Below the pieces are notes generated by a model, which had not been told where the DNA came from, made no database searches, and was given only the letters and a program-made list of their open reading frames with translations. From IMG/VR virus record IMGVR_UViG_3300025368_000001: 64,000 nucleotides of DNA. One strand, 5' to 3'. The first letter of the stretch is position 1. Each line of letters opens with the position of its first letter. The translations under genes were made by a program, and so were the position numbers. The DNA comes from an uncultured virus (IMG/VR IMGVR_UViG_3300025368_000001) (lineage: Duplodnaviria; Heunggongvirae; Uroviricota; Caudoviricetes). Shown here piece by piece: positions 29,033 to 37,895 of this stretch.

Positions 29033-29088
29033 GGTTAAGACGGGTATTTTTCAACCCGTTTCGAATATTAAATTCTCGTCAGTTAACC
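29033..29088 (-). ncRNA. Type I hammerhead ribozyme
   Basis: GGUUAA CUGACGA GAAU-UUAAU-AUUC GAAA CGGGU-UGAAAAAU-ACCCG UC UUAACC: complete catalytic core, three perfect stems and GUC cleavage triplet. Confidence 0.92.
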
Positions 29089-29453
29089 TATTCTTCATTT
29101 TCATCAACCAGCACAACATCAAAGCAGCGTGGGCAGTCTAAAATATAATCCGCAATACTTGACAAGTCAACATATTCAACGGGATTATTAAAACTTTCAA
29201 CGTTACCATAGCCGTTTAACTTAACGTAATCATCTGATAAGTTATAAGTCCCGTAACAAACAGAACGGATAGCATCTATTTTAGTGTCAAAACGAACATT
29301 AAAAAAATCTTCATTATTTTGGAAAATAATACCATCGAAATCATTAGAAAGTTCGCAATAAATATCGTTTGCTTGCACCAATTCACTAGCGGTTAAATTT
29401 TCTAAGTACTCAATAACTGCTTCTTTTGTGTTTAAAATTTCTGTATGTATCAT
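29088..29453 (-). CDS. Acidic hypothetical early protein
   Basis: Probable start MIHTEIL; GTYNLSDDYVKLNGYGNVES motif. Confidence 0.7.
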   Translation of the reverse strand: MIHTEILNTKEAVIEYLENLTASELVQANDIYCELSNDFDGIIFQNNEDFFNVRFDTKIDAIRSVCYGTYNLSDDYVKLNGYGNVESFNNPVEYVDLSSIADYILDCPRCFDVVLVDENEE

Positions 29454-29530
29454 TTTATTATGCGTGTTGATTTCTTGCCGCCGCAAGGGGTTAAATGTTA
29501 TAAATATTGTCATTCTTTCGTTAAGACGGT

Positions 29531-29564
29531 GTAAAAGTAGGGAAAGCATTTTAAATAAAACAAA
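29531..29564 (-). promoter_or_regulatory. Putative early promoter
   Basis: TTTG -33 box and TACTTTTA -7-like box 21 bp apart, upstream of the early operon. Confidence 0.5.
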
Positions 29565-29744
29565 TAAATCTTTGTAATCTTCAAAAAAATAGAAAACATT
29601 TAATAAAATAGCACATTCATTAAATAAAATCTAATAAAACGCCGTCAAACTGAATGGAATAAACCGACAATTTGAAAAGCAGATGACGAAAACAACTGGA
29701 TAAAAACAGATAAAAAACAGATGAACGGAAACCAGGAAAAGGCT

Positions 29745-30113
29745 TTATTTATCGTGTCGGGTTCTGCGGAGTTGTGCTTCGAATTGTTGCAGGATGTGCA
29801 CGCCTTCCGGAGTGATAGACCAAAGAAACTGAACCTTATTAAGTGGCTGTAATATTTTGTCTCTTTTTTCAACATACCCAAAAATCTCTAACTTGCTGAG
29901 ATAGTCTTTAACATATTCGTGATAAAAGCCATAGCCCCAAAAATTAAGAACCTTTAAAATTCTTTGTGTTGGCTTATCTGCACCTGAATGATTAACAGCG
30001 GAAAGGACATTGATAAGTGTGAGGTTTAATCTAGGTTTATTTATTTGCGACTTGTTTAAAATCTTAATTGAACGGTTTACAGTATTTATTTTATGTAAAT
30101 TCTGCAATCTCAT
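29745..30113 (-). CDS. Winged-helix-like protein
   Basis: YLSKLEIFGYVEK..WSITPEG, MarR-like pattern. Confidence 0.55.
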   Translation of the reverse strand: MRLQNLHKINTVNRSIKILNKSQINKPRLNLTLINVLSAVNHSGADKPTQRILKVLNFWGYGFYHEYVKDYLSKLEIFGYVEKRDKILQPLNKVQFLWSITPEGVHILQQFEAQLRRTRHDK

Positions 30114-31106
30114 TTGTTTTAAATTTTTGTCACTTTGAAAGAAGTAGAAGGTATTTATTTGCGTATAGTGTGAGAGGTTACCTCGCAAATGTACCTGCAC
30201 GAAACAGAAACGGGGCAAATTTCGAAGATAACCCAAAAGTAAGGGAATTATACCTAAAATGAATTAAACGGTCTAGAATCGCCTTGAAATAAGAATTACT
30301 GTTTTTAGTGTTTTTTGCCATGATCTGAAAGTTATTAATAAAGTTCTGTAATAGTTCTGTAATTTCCCGTAAAAATATCCTAACTGCTTAATTATCAATG
30401 ATTTATGTATAACGGTGCGAATTGTAGCACAATTATTTGCTTTTGATGGTAGGCTTTTGGTGCTGTGTCCTGCTGTGGAGTAGCCCCAAAATCTGAATTT
30501 GCCAAAAGTGTAGGCACTCGATTGATTGTTTGCCGTTTCCCCTTCGCCGCACCCACCCGCCCGAATTAGACGTTACCCCATTCCCCAACCCCCACAAAAA
30601 ATAATAATCTCAACATCAACCACTTAAAATATCTCTTTGGAATCATTAAAAGAACTGATGCAAAGTTATAGGGTAAAATTAGATACAGACAAATATTTGT
30701 TTAGTCCGTATAATTTGCAACGATGATGCAAAAATAGTATGATACTTTTTAGGTATTAAAGATGTTGTTGATGATACCTTTTGAGTATGAATAAATGCAA
30801 CTATGTTGCAAAAATATGTTGTTGTTGTAAATGTCGGCTGATTTTAGTACTTGAAAATCTATACTTGTCACTGGTGACAACAATAGAATTGCTAAAAATT
30901 CCTCTGAAACTCAATGTGGGTAAGGCTTTCAGAGGATTGAAAAGCGTTTTAAAAAATGTATATTATATATATATATCGAAAATATTTTCTCAATTTTGGC
31001 TTGAAACCCATACTGGGCTTATCATATGATAGAAATAATTAATTAGCATTGGTGACAAGTTTAGCAAAATATGCAATAATTGCACGTTTGTTGAATTATT
31101 TAATAT

Positions 31107-31136
31107 TTTGACAAGTATAGATTTGTATTATCTTTG
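31107..31136 (+). promoter_or_regulatory. Bacteroidota sigma-ABfr-type promoter
   Basis: TTTG-18 bp-TATCTTTG upstream of the plus-strand operon. Confidence 0.6.
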
Positions 31137-31161
31137 TAATCCACAAACAAAAAGAGATAAT

Positions 31162-31455
31162 ATGTTACATGAAGAAAGTATGTTAAAAGCGAAAAAACCT
31201 TCAGCTTTATTGGTTGATATTAGGAATCAGTTTGAGAAAAAGATAGTTGCTCAGCTTGTGTTGATTTCCGCTATTCGTATGAAGATTGAAGCGATAAAAC
31301 CGTTTGAGCCTATACCTGTTGATAATGGTATTTCTTGCCTTCATCGCAATCCTGATACAGGTGTTGTTACTGACCTGCAATTAGCATTGCGACAGTTGGA
31401 TGTTAATTATACCGAGTTGAACATTATCCTGGAACATTTGAGTACGATTGTGTAG
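31162..31455 (+). CDS. Hypothetical protein
   Basis: Probable start MLHEES. Confidence 0.6.
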   Translation: MLHEESMLKAKKPSALLVDIRNQFEKKIVAQLVLISAIRMKIEAIKPFEPIPVDNGISCLHRNPDTGVVTDLQLALRQLDVNYTELNIILEHLSTIV

Positions 31456-31497
31456 TTAATTCTTCCCTATTTCTGTTAAAATGACAAATGAAAGTTT

Positions 31498-31728
31498 ATG
31501 GATATGGCATTCTGCTTATTTCTGTTTTTTACTATAATTTATTTAGCAAGTTGTTTCTTGTTAATCAATTGGATAAATGAGAATCCGGATGCTGTTGATT
31601 TTATAAGAATGGAATTGTCTGAATATGAAGATGATAAAGTTTGCCTTGTGATTCGGATTTTCCCTTACATCCCACTTTTGAATACTTACCTTGTATTGGA
31701 TTACATTTTATTCAGAAATAAATTATAA
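31498..31728 (+). CDS. Small membrane protein
   Basis: Two hydrophobic segments. Confidence 0.55.
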   Translation: MDMAFCLFLFFTIIYLASCFLLINWINENPDAVDFIRMELSEYEDDKVCLVIRIFPYIPLLNTYLVLDYILFRNKL

Positions 31729-31734
31729 CTATTT

Positions 31735-32067
31735 ATGACACACAAATTCAGTGAAGCGTTTGTAAATTATGTTGGACAGTTTTTGTATGCTGATTCTAAA
31801 GAAGGATGGTGTATGGAAATGTTAAATAGGTTTTCAGGCGAAGTCTTTGAGGACGATTCGTTGATTGAGGATTTAAGAGGGTTGGAGAGACGTCAGATAC
31901 CCATCTCACCCGATGCCGCATTTATGAAACCGTTAACTACAAATTTACAAAGAGTAGACGTACGGCCAAGTTCTTGGGGTATAGGTAGTGTTAGTTACGA
32001 AAAAGTTTACAAGCAGTTGCATATAAACAACATCCGCACAAAATACAAACAGTTTATCAAAAAGTAA
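31735..32067 (+). CDS. Hypothetical protein
   Basis: 110-aa ORF. Confidence 0.6.
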   Translation: MTHKFSEAFVNYVGQFLYADSKEGWCMEMLNRFSGEVFEDDSLIEDLRGLERRQIPISPDAAFMKPLTTNLQRVDVRPSSWGIGSVSYEKVYKQLHINNIRTKYKQFIKK

Positions 32068-32070
32068 CCT

Positions 32071-32262
32071 ATGGAAATGCAAATAACTTTTCAGTTACCG
32101 AATGGGTATAAGCATATTATTGAGCATTGGAATGTAATTGCGCTTCCGAATATTGGCGATGAAGTTGTTTTGAGTATTGATAGTAAAGATTGCGTTTATA
32201 AGGTTTCTTCTAGGCATTGGAGAGGTGATAAGCCAGAAAGGGTAACAATTAAGGTAAAGTAA
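32071..32262 (+). CDS. Hypothetical protein
   Basis: LPNIGDEV..YKVSSRHW motif. Confidence 0.6.
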   Translation: MEMQITFQLPNGYKHIIEHWNVIALPNIGDEVVLSIDSKDCVYKVSSRHWRGDKPERVTIKVK

Positions 32263-32263
32263 T

Positions 32264-32503
32264 ATGGAGATATACAACAACTTTTCACCTTTAGACAAGA
32301 GGTTTATGGGGCGTAATTACTCTGTTATGTTCGGATTGTTTTGCGTTCATGTTGGGCATTATATAGGGTGGTTGCGATTGTTTGGCTATGGTATTGCGTG
32401 GAAGAATACTGAGTATCATCCATATCTGTTCTCTGAGAGGTTTGGTTATACAAAGACATTGAAGATTGGTGATTGGAGTTTTAAAATTTTAAAAAAGAAG
32501 TGA
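32264..32503 (+). CDS. Hypothetical protein
   Basis: WLRLFGYG..LFSERFGY motif. Confidence 0.6.
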   Translation: MEIYNNFSPLDKRFMGRNYSVMFGLFCVHVGHYIGWLRLFGYGIAWKNTEYHPYLFSERFGYTKTLKIGDWSFKILKKK

Positions 32504-33036
32504 TGAGAGTATTTATTGGGATTGATGTTGGCAAACAAGGTGGGATTGTTTTGATTAAGGATAATGGTGTTATCGAGACTTTTAAAACGCCATTGGTAGC
32601 CAACGAAATTGATTTGAATGAGATTATGTCGATGATTGGATCATATAGTGATGTGATTGTAGGCATTGAGAATGTGGCAAACATATTTGGTTCATCTAGT
32701 AAGAGTAACTTCCAATTTGGCAGGGCTTTAGGGTTAATAGAAGGGCTTATTACAGGCATTGGGCTTCCATTTGTTAAGGTGCATTCTAAGGTGTGGCAAA
32801 AACTAGCTTTTGAGGGTATTCCCGTTGTTTATAAACCAGGTAAAGTTAAAGTTAATAAGAAAACGGGCGTATCAGAGGAAACAAAGAAAGTTGATACTAA
32901 GGCTATGGCTTTACTCGCTGCTAAGAGACTGTATCCTAAAGTTAATTTATTGGCTACTGAGCGTTCTAAAATCCCACATGATGGCATTGTTGATAGTTTG
33001 CTTATTGCGCATTACTTAAAACAAACTAATAAATAA
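32503..33036 (+). CDS. RuvC-like Holliday junction resolvase
   Basis: IGIDVGKQGG, IENV, FGRALG, WQK and DGIVDSLLIA motifs. Confidence 0.85.
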   Translation: MRVFIGIDVGKQGGIVLIKDNGVIETFKTPLVANEIDLNEIMSMIGSYSDVIVGIENVANIFGSSSKSNFQFGRALGLIEGLITGIGLPFVKVHSKVWQKLAFEGIPVVYKPGKVKVNKKTGVSEETKKVDTKAMALLAAKRLYPKVNLLATERSKIPHDGIVDSLLIAHYLKQTNK

Positions 33037-33593
33037 TGGGTAGACGTCCTGTTACACCTCGAACATTTAATCCAGCTAAGATGGGGAGTAATCCTTTTCT
33101 GAGGGATTATACTTTGAAAGTGATGGAAATGAATGTGAGTAAGGAGTTAAGTTCTGTTAAAAGAAGCGAAGGGATTATTACGGATATAACTGCCACGGGG
33201 AATATCAATAACAGGTATTACATCGAGACTACGCCGTATGCCAGGTTGTATAAGGTACCGGCGCATCTGAAAGAGTTGGTTCAGTGTACAGGCGCTACGT
33301 TGAAGTTGCTGATATGGATAATGATTAAAGTCGAAGTTGGCAGCGATTATATCGTGGTTGATATTGAAGATTTTAAGAGACGTGCTTCTTGTAGCCATAG
33401 TAGTTATTGCAGAGCGGTTGCGGAATTAACGGGGTTGTATTTCATTATGAGGCAGAAACAGCCGAATGTCTTTTGGATTAATCCTTCTTACTTCTTTTCC
33501 GGCAATGCAATTACTAAGTATGCTGATAATATGCAGGTGGTAGCGGTCAATGTAGAGGATTTGAAGAAGAAATATACTGATGAATTAAAATAG
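33036..33593 (+). CDS. RepL-like winged-helix protein
   Basis: SYCRAVAEL..FWINPSYFFSG motif. Confidence 0.6.
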   Translation: MGRRPVTPRTFNPAKMGSNPFLRDYTLKVMEMNVSKELSSVKRSEGIITDITATGNINNRYYIETTPYARLYKVPAHLKELVQCTGATLKLLIWIMIKVEVGSDYIVVDIEDFKRRASCSHSSYCRAVAELTGLYFIMRQKQPNVFWINPSYFFSGNAITKYADNMQVVAVNVEDLKKKYTDELK

Positions 33594-33598
33594 GGGGT

Positions 33599-33844
33599 AT
33601 GATTGAACTACCGATATTTTGGCAAGGAGAAACGTTAAATCAGTTGGAAGATTTAGGCGTTGAAATAGAACGTGATTTAACTGATACTGAGTGTCGTACA
33701 GTAGCTTTTTTTAAAGTAGATAATGTACAGACCTATGAAGAAGATGGAATCGAATACAGTATCGTTAATTCAGGCGGAAAGGAATTTATCTGTAAGTATA
33801 ACTATGAGACAACCAAGGATTTAGTGATTAAAAATTTAAAATAG
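33599..33844 (+). CDS. Hypothetical protein
   Basis: 81-aa ORF. Confidence 0.65.
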   Translation: MIELPIFWQGETLNQLEDLGVEIERDLTDTECRTVAFFKVDNVQTYEEDGIEYSIVNSGGKEFICKYNYETTKDLVIKNLK

Positions 33845-33850
33845 CAAACA

Positions 33851-34243
33851 ATGATTAAACTATCAGCAATTGGACATCTAGGTAAAGATGCAACTACAAA
33901 CACAGTAAATAGTAAGACGGTGATTAATTTCTCACTTGCTCATTCAGAGAAGTACAAAAACGCACAAGGCGAACAGGTTGATAAATCTATATGGGTAGAA
34001 TGCGCTTATTGGCAAGATAAAACAAGTATTGTTCCGTATTTGAAAAAAGGCACGTTGGTATATGTTGAAGGTCAACCCGAAGCTCAGAGTTATCAAAAGA
34101 ATGATGGTAGTACTGGAGTAAAATTAGTATGCCGTGTTTCTAATGTTCAGTTGTTAGGCAGTAAGGATAGTGATAGTGGTAATGCTAGTGCGCCACAACA
34201 AGCGAGTGAACCTTCTAAATTGATAGATGATACTCCTTTTTGA
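33851..34243 (+). CDS. ssb: Single-stranded DNA-binding protein
   Basis: IGHLGKDA, YLKKGTLVYVEG and acidic DDTPF tail. Confidence 0.93.
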   Translation: MIKLSAIGHLGKDATTNTVNSKTVINFSLAHSEKYKNAQGEQVDKSIWVECAYWQDKTSIVPYLKKGTLVYVEGQPEAQSYQKNDGSTGVKLVCRVSNVQLLGSKDSDSGNASAPQQASEPSKLIDDTPF

Positions 34244-34260
34244 TATTAAATCGGATTATT

Positions 34261-34629
34261 ATGAAAAGTAACATTATCTCCGCAATCCACCATTTACGAA
34301 TGGCAAAAGAACACTTTCAGGACTTGCAACGTGAAATGCCTGATAGCCTTGGAGAAAAGATGGGTAAGAAGTATGAAAGTAAAGTCGATTGGATTTATAC
34401 TGATTTTATTACTAACCATTTGTTTCCAAAAGAAGTTAGAGAAGGTTGTCGTAACGAATGGGAAAGCGATGTGTTTGCTGTACCGGCTATCACGGATAAG
34501 ATTGCTTTGTTAGATCCAAACTTTAGGGATTTATTAGAAAGTGTTATTGATGCTAAGTTGGCAGGTGAGGAAATAAGCATTATTGATAAACCATTAAAAA
34601 AAGAATATGAAACAGTTGAACAGCATTAA
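34261..34629 (+). CDS. Hypothetical protein
   Basis: Probable start MKSNII. Confidence 0.65.
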   Translation: MKSNIISAIHHLRMAKEHFQDLQREMPDSLGEKMGKKYESKVDWIYTDFITNHLFPKEVREGCRNEWESDVFAVPAITDKIALLDPNFRDLLESVIDAKLAGEEISIIDKPLKKEYETVEQH

Positions 34630-34915
34630 GCAGTTTACAGTAAAGTTATTCCGAAAGGTATTTAAGCCTAAAGAAAAGGTTGAAGAAACTTTTTACAGAC
34701 TGAAACAGGATAGCGGCCAATCTTGCTATGAGTTAAACCTGCACACTAAGGTATTGAAGTTTGCGAGTTTTGAAAGTTTTAAAGTTGATGGCATAGTAAA
34801 GAAGCGGTTAAAGGTGAATGCTAATTGTATTTATTGTATTGCTATCAATGAGAAAAACGCTATCCGTAAATTCAGGCAACAGGTATCAGCAATGTTAAAC
34901 AACAAAAAACAATAA
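34607..34915 (+). CDS. Hypothetical protein
   Basis: YCIAINEKNAIRKF motif. Confidence 0.6.
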   Translation: MKQLNSIKQFTVKLFRKVFKPKEKVEETFYRLKQDSGQSCYELNLHTKVLKFASFESFKVDGIVKKRLKVNANCIYCIAINEKNAIRKFRQQVSAMLNNKKQ

Positions 34916-34917
34916 TT

Positions 34918-35193
34918 ATGAGTGATTTTTTTTACAAGCCTTTGCACGAAAAGGTATTAGTACTTCCTAAAGAAAGGGATACAAAAACAAGTGGCGGCAT
35001 TATTAAAGTTGCTGACGATGCCAACATCCCGGATTATGGGGTGGTAGTAGCTGTGTCTGATTTAGTAGACTACATAAAGTTGGGGGATACTGTTATGTAT
35101 GAGCACGGTGCGGGCAAGCCCATTGTGCTGCAAGATAAAAAGTATGTGTTGTTAGATTGCAGTCAACATGGAAGTGTATTAGGGATAGTTTAA
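34918..35193 (+). CDS. groES: Co-chaperonin GroES-like protein
   Basis: KPLHEKVLV..KTSGGII..GVVVAV..IKLGDTV. Confidence 0.85.
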   Translation: MSDFFYKPLHEKVLVLPKERDTKTSGGIIKVADDANIPDYGVVVAVSDLVDYIKLGDTVMYEHGAGKPIVLQDKKYVLLDCSQHGSVLGIV

Positions 35194-35582
35194 TACCCCA
35201 ACTCACTAAGTTTAATCATTGGTTTTTTATTATAAGTCAGATTGATAGCATTAAGTATCAGTCTGGCTTTTGTCATTATACGCTTAGGCAACTCTGACCC
35301 TTCTGCAAACGCATCATTCTTTTCGGCAGCATCTTCCCATTCGTACGCTTTCTTGAAGGTGTTCAGGTGGCGGGTGTATGCAACACGCTCGATGCCGATG
35401 TGCTTTCTGATTTCGTTGTCGGTAAAACCATTCATGTGCGCCACACCTGCAAAAACGACCATGCCGATTGTCGTCTCGGTGTTGGTGCTGCCAGAGGCGT
35501 TTACCACATTCCATTGCCTGCCAGGTGCTTTGTCCCACAAGAATTGCGGGCGTGTCAGTTCTTCAAGTTGCTGTAGTGTCAT
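35190..35582 (-). CDS. Putative DNA-binding protein (HTH-like)
   Basis: GFTDNEIRKHIGI helix; transcribed divergently from the tail operon. Confidence 0.55.
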   Translation of the reverse strand: MTLQQLEELTRPQFLWDKAPGRQWNVVNASGSTNTETTIGMVVFAGVAHMNGFTDNEIRKHIGIERVAYTRHLNTFKKAYEWEDAAEKNDAFAEGSELPKRIMTKARLILNAINLTYNKKPMIKLSELGY

Positions 35583-35842
35583 TTGCTTTTATTATGTTTT
35601 TGTAATGGTGACAATCCTTCTTCACGCAAAGCCCTCAACGTAAGATGTTCCTCCACCCCGAACGTCCTGAAAAGTTTGCCCCAATCGTATGTGTAGACCA
35701 AGGCATCGCCTACTTTATGTGAACCCACTTGGAAACGGAGGCAAAAAGTCGGTTGCGTATCAAGCAAAAACCTCCTTATCTCGTCCAAATTAAACGACTT
35801 ACGGTGGATACAAATAGTATTTGAGGCAAAATTAACCCTCAT
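35579..35842 (-). CDS. Hypothetical protein
   Basis: 87-aa ORF with TAAATTTG promoter at 35859-35866. Confidence 0.55.
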   Translation of the reverse strand: MRVNFASNTICIHRKSFNLDEIRRFLLDTQPTFCLRFQVGSHKVGDALVYTYDWGKLFRTFGVEEHLTLRALREEGLSPLQKHNKSK

Positions 35843-35932
35843 TGTTGTTATGTTTCAGCAAATTTACAAGTATATGTTTGTATTTGGGTTAATTTTACAA
35901 ATATTTCGTTTGTAAGCTGCCACTTTTGTGCT

Positions 35933-36802
35933 ATGGTTACTACGAACTCGATATTTGTTACGGTAGATAAGGCATTAAATGATGAAATTGTTACCAATGG
36001 TGGCATAAAGTTTTATATAGACCCAACATATAACCCTGAGTGGAACGTATCTGTAACGGGGAAAGTAGCGGCTATACCGAAATACATAAAAGGCTCAAAC
36101 TCAGCCAAGTTGGCAAGATTGAAAGAGGGAGATGAAGTCGCATTTGATTACTCGGTAATCAGCGAAATGAAGTTTAATGAAAACCCTGAACTATACCAAG
36201 AAACTTTAGATGTACCGGGAAGTTTAAAAAGATTTGAGAACTCTAAAGGTAAAATGATTTCAATATTTTGCTATGATGGGGCTATTTCTAAAAGATGGGG
36301 TTGCTCGCTATACGATAAAAATAGCCGTACTATAATTGATGGAAGGGACAATATCAACGAATCAGAGAAAGACAGATGGCTTGCACAATTTCACTTTGGT
36401 GGCGTGCAGGATTTTAGATTTAAGAACTTACTAGAAATAGAAAGTAAAAAATCAGGTACCGAAATACAAACCGATGATTATTGGAATGTTAGTATGGATA
36501 ATATTCTTGCTATTAAAAAAGGTGATGACGTAGTATCTGTTTCTAACTATGTTATTGCTACTCCTTTAATGGTAGATGCTACTTCATCTTATAACTTTCA
36601 GAATGGCGTTATGCTGCCTCCAATGAGTGTATGCTTTGAATTAACAGACAGGGCTGAGGTTGCATCCGATTATCCTGAACTGGGATTAAAAAAAGGCGAT
36701 ATAGCTTCTACTGAAGAAATGTATATATGCAGATATGATTTGTGGGGTAAAAAGTATTTCCTAATCAATAAAAACAGGATACTAGGCACATGGCACAAAT
36801 AA
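35933..36802 (+). CDS. Protein with GroES-like domains
   Basis: TNGGIKFYID..TGKVAAIP..LKEGDEVAF and a second GLKKGDIA module. Confidence 0.6.
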   Translation: MVTTNSIFVTVDKALNDEIVTNGGIKFYIDPTYNPEWNVSVTGKVAAIPKYIKGSNSAKLARLKEGDEVAFDYSVISEMKFNENPELYQETLDVPGSLKRFENSKGKMISIFCYDGAISKRWGCSLYDKNSRTIIDGRDNINESEKDRWLAQFHFGGVQDFRFKNLLEIESKKSGTEIQTDDYWNVSMDNILAIKKGDDVVSVSNYVIATPLMVDATSSYNFQNGVMLPPMSVCFELTDRAEVASDYPELGLKKGDIASTEEMYICRYDLWGKKYFLINKNRILGTWHK

Positions 36803-37476
36803 ACGAGATACATGATTTTATTCACCTTATCGAAAGAAAGGAACGGGGCGGGTTCACATCCGATGCCGAGATAGATATGTACCTCGACAGGGCGCAAATG
36901 GAGTGCTTTACGGAGTACTTTAAGCAATACGGGAATACGCAGATTGTACATGATGCACTTACTATCTTCAAGGTGACATGGGCGTTTAGCTATGTAGACT
37001 GCCCCAATGGCTTGTTGAACTACCCAGACGGGTACACACACCTTTTAGGGTTATCAGTTATAGGCTACGACAATGCCACATCGGCACAGACTTTCAATGA
37101 GGTAAGGTACATGAATGAAAATCAGTTGGCTAATGCTGTAAAAAGCGCATTACGCAAACCAACTGTTACTGCCCCTATTGGAGTCGATAAAGGTTCAAGC
37201 GATGCCAATGGTAACTATGAGATTTACACTCAGATATACCCGAAAGTGCCGTATGCGGGCGAGATGATTTATCTAAGGAGACCTGCAAAGCCTAAGTATG
37301 GCTTTACGCAAAGCGGAAGAACGATTACTTATGATCCAACAACAAGTGTTCAGTTAGAATGGACGAATACTTATGTGTCGAAGATTATTGGCAGGGCGAT
37401 GATGTACTTAGGATTGAATATGGATGAAAAGGATTTTATCGAATTTGGTGCAATGGAAGCAAATAAAATACAGTAA
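36790..37476 (+). CDS. Tail ring/adaptor protein (crAss-like)
   Basis: EIDMYLDRAQ, YLRRPAKPKYGF and YDPTTSVQLE motifs; position in tail module. Confidence 0.7.
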   Translation: MAQINEIHDFIHLIERKERGGFTSDAEIDMYLDRAQMECFTEYFKQYGNTQIVHDALTIFKVTWAFSYVDCPNGLLNYPDGYTHLLGLSVIGYDNATSAQTFNEVRYMNENQLANAVKSALRKPTVTAPIGVDKGSSDANGNYEIYTQIYPKVPYAGEMIYLRRPAKPKYGFTQSGRTITYDPTTSVQLEWTNTYVSKIIGRAMMYLGLNMDEKDFIEFGAMEANKIQ

Positions 37477-37886
37477 TGCCTACAAGTAAAAGGAAATTAG
37501 CGGAACAAGTGCTTTATCGTCTTTACGGCGGTGTGAATACATCATCTTCACCTGTACAGATTGAGGATGTGTATGAAGCGATTAATCAGAAGATAAATGC
37601 TTTGATTAAGGCGGAAGTGTTTTCTGTTACTCTGGCTAGTGGCGATACAATACCGGAAGGGTTAATGACCGCTACTTACGAAAATATTCCTGTTGTACCG
37701 TATGGTAAAAGAAGCAAAGCTATTTTACCTGCCATGCCTGTAAGATTACCTCGTAATATGGGTGTGTTTGAGATATGGAATGATACAATTTCTGATGGGT
37801 TTGACACAGAAATGCCTGTTAATTACTTGCTTACTGAAGATAGAATTGATATTACAACAGAAGATGGGAAAATTATAACAACATAA
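37476..37886 (+). CDS. Tail protein, N-terminal part, with C-terminal LLTED..ITTEDG extension
   Basis: LPAMPVRLPRNMGV motif; see finding on the split gene. Confidence 0.65.
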   Translation: MPTSKRKLAEQVLYRLYGGVNTSSSPVQIEDVYEAINQKINALIKAEVFSVTLASGDTIPEGLMTATYENIPVVPYGKRSKAILPAMPVRLPRNMGVFEIWNDTISDGFDTEMPVNYLLTEDRIDITTEDGKIITT

Positions 37887-37895
37887 AATTAAAAG

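Noticed and set aside
30781..31029. 82-aa ORF in the strand-switch region
   Set aside because: TTG start, crosses palindromes and an AT run, and has non-protein-like composition
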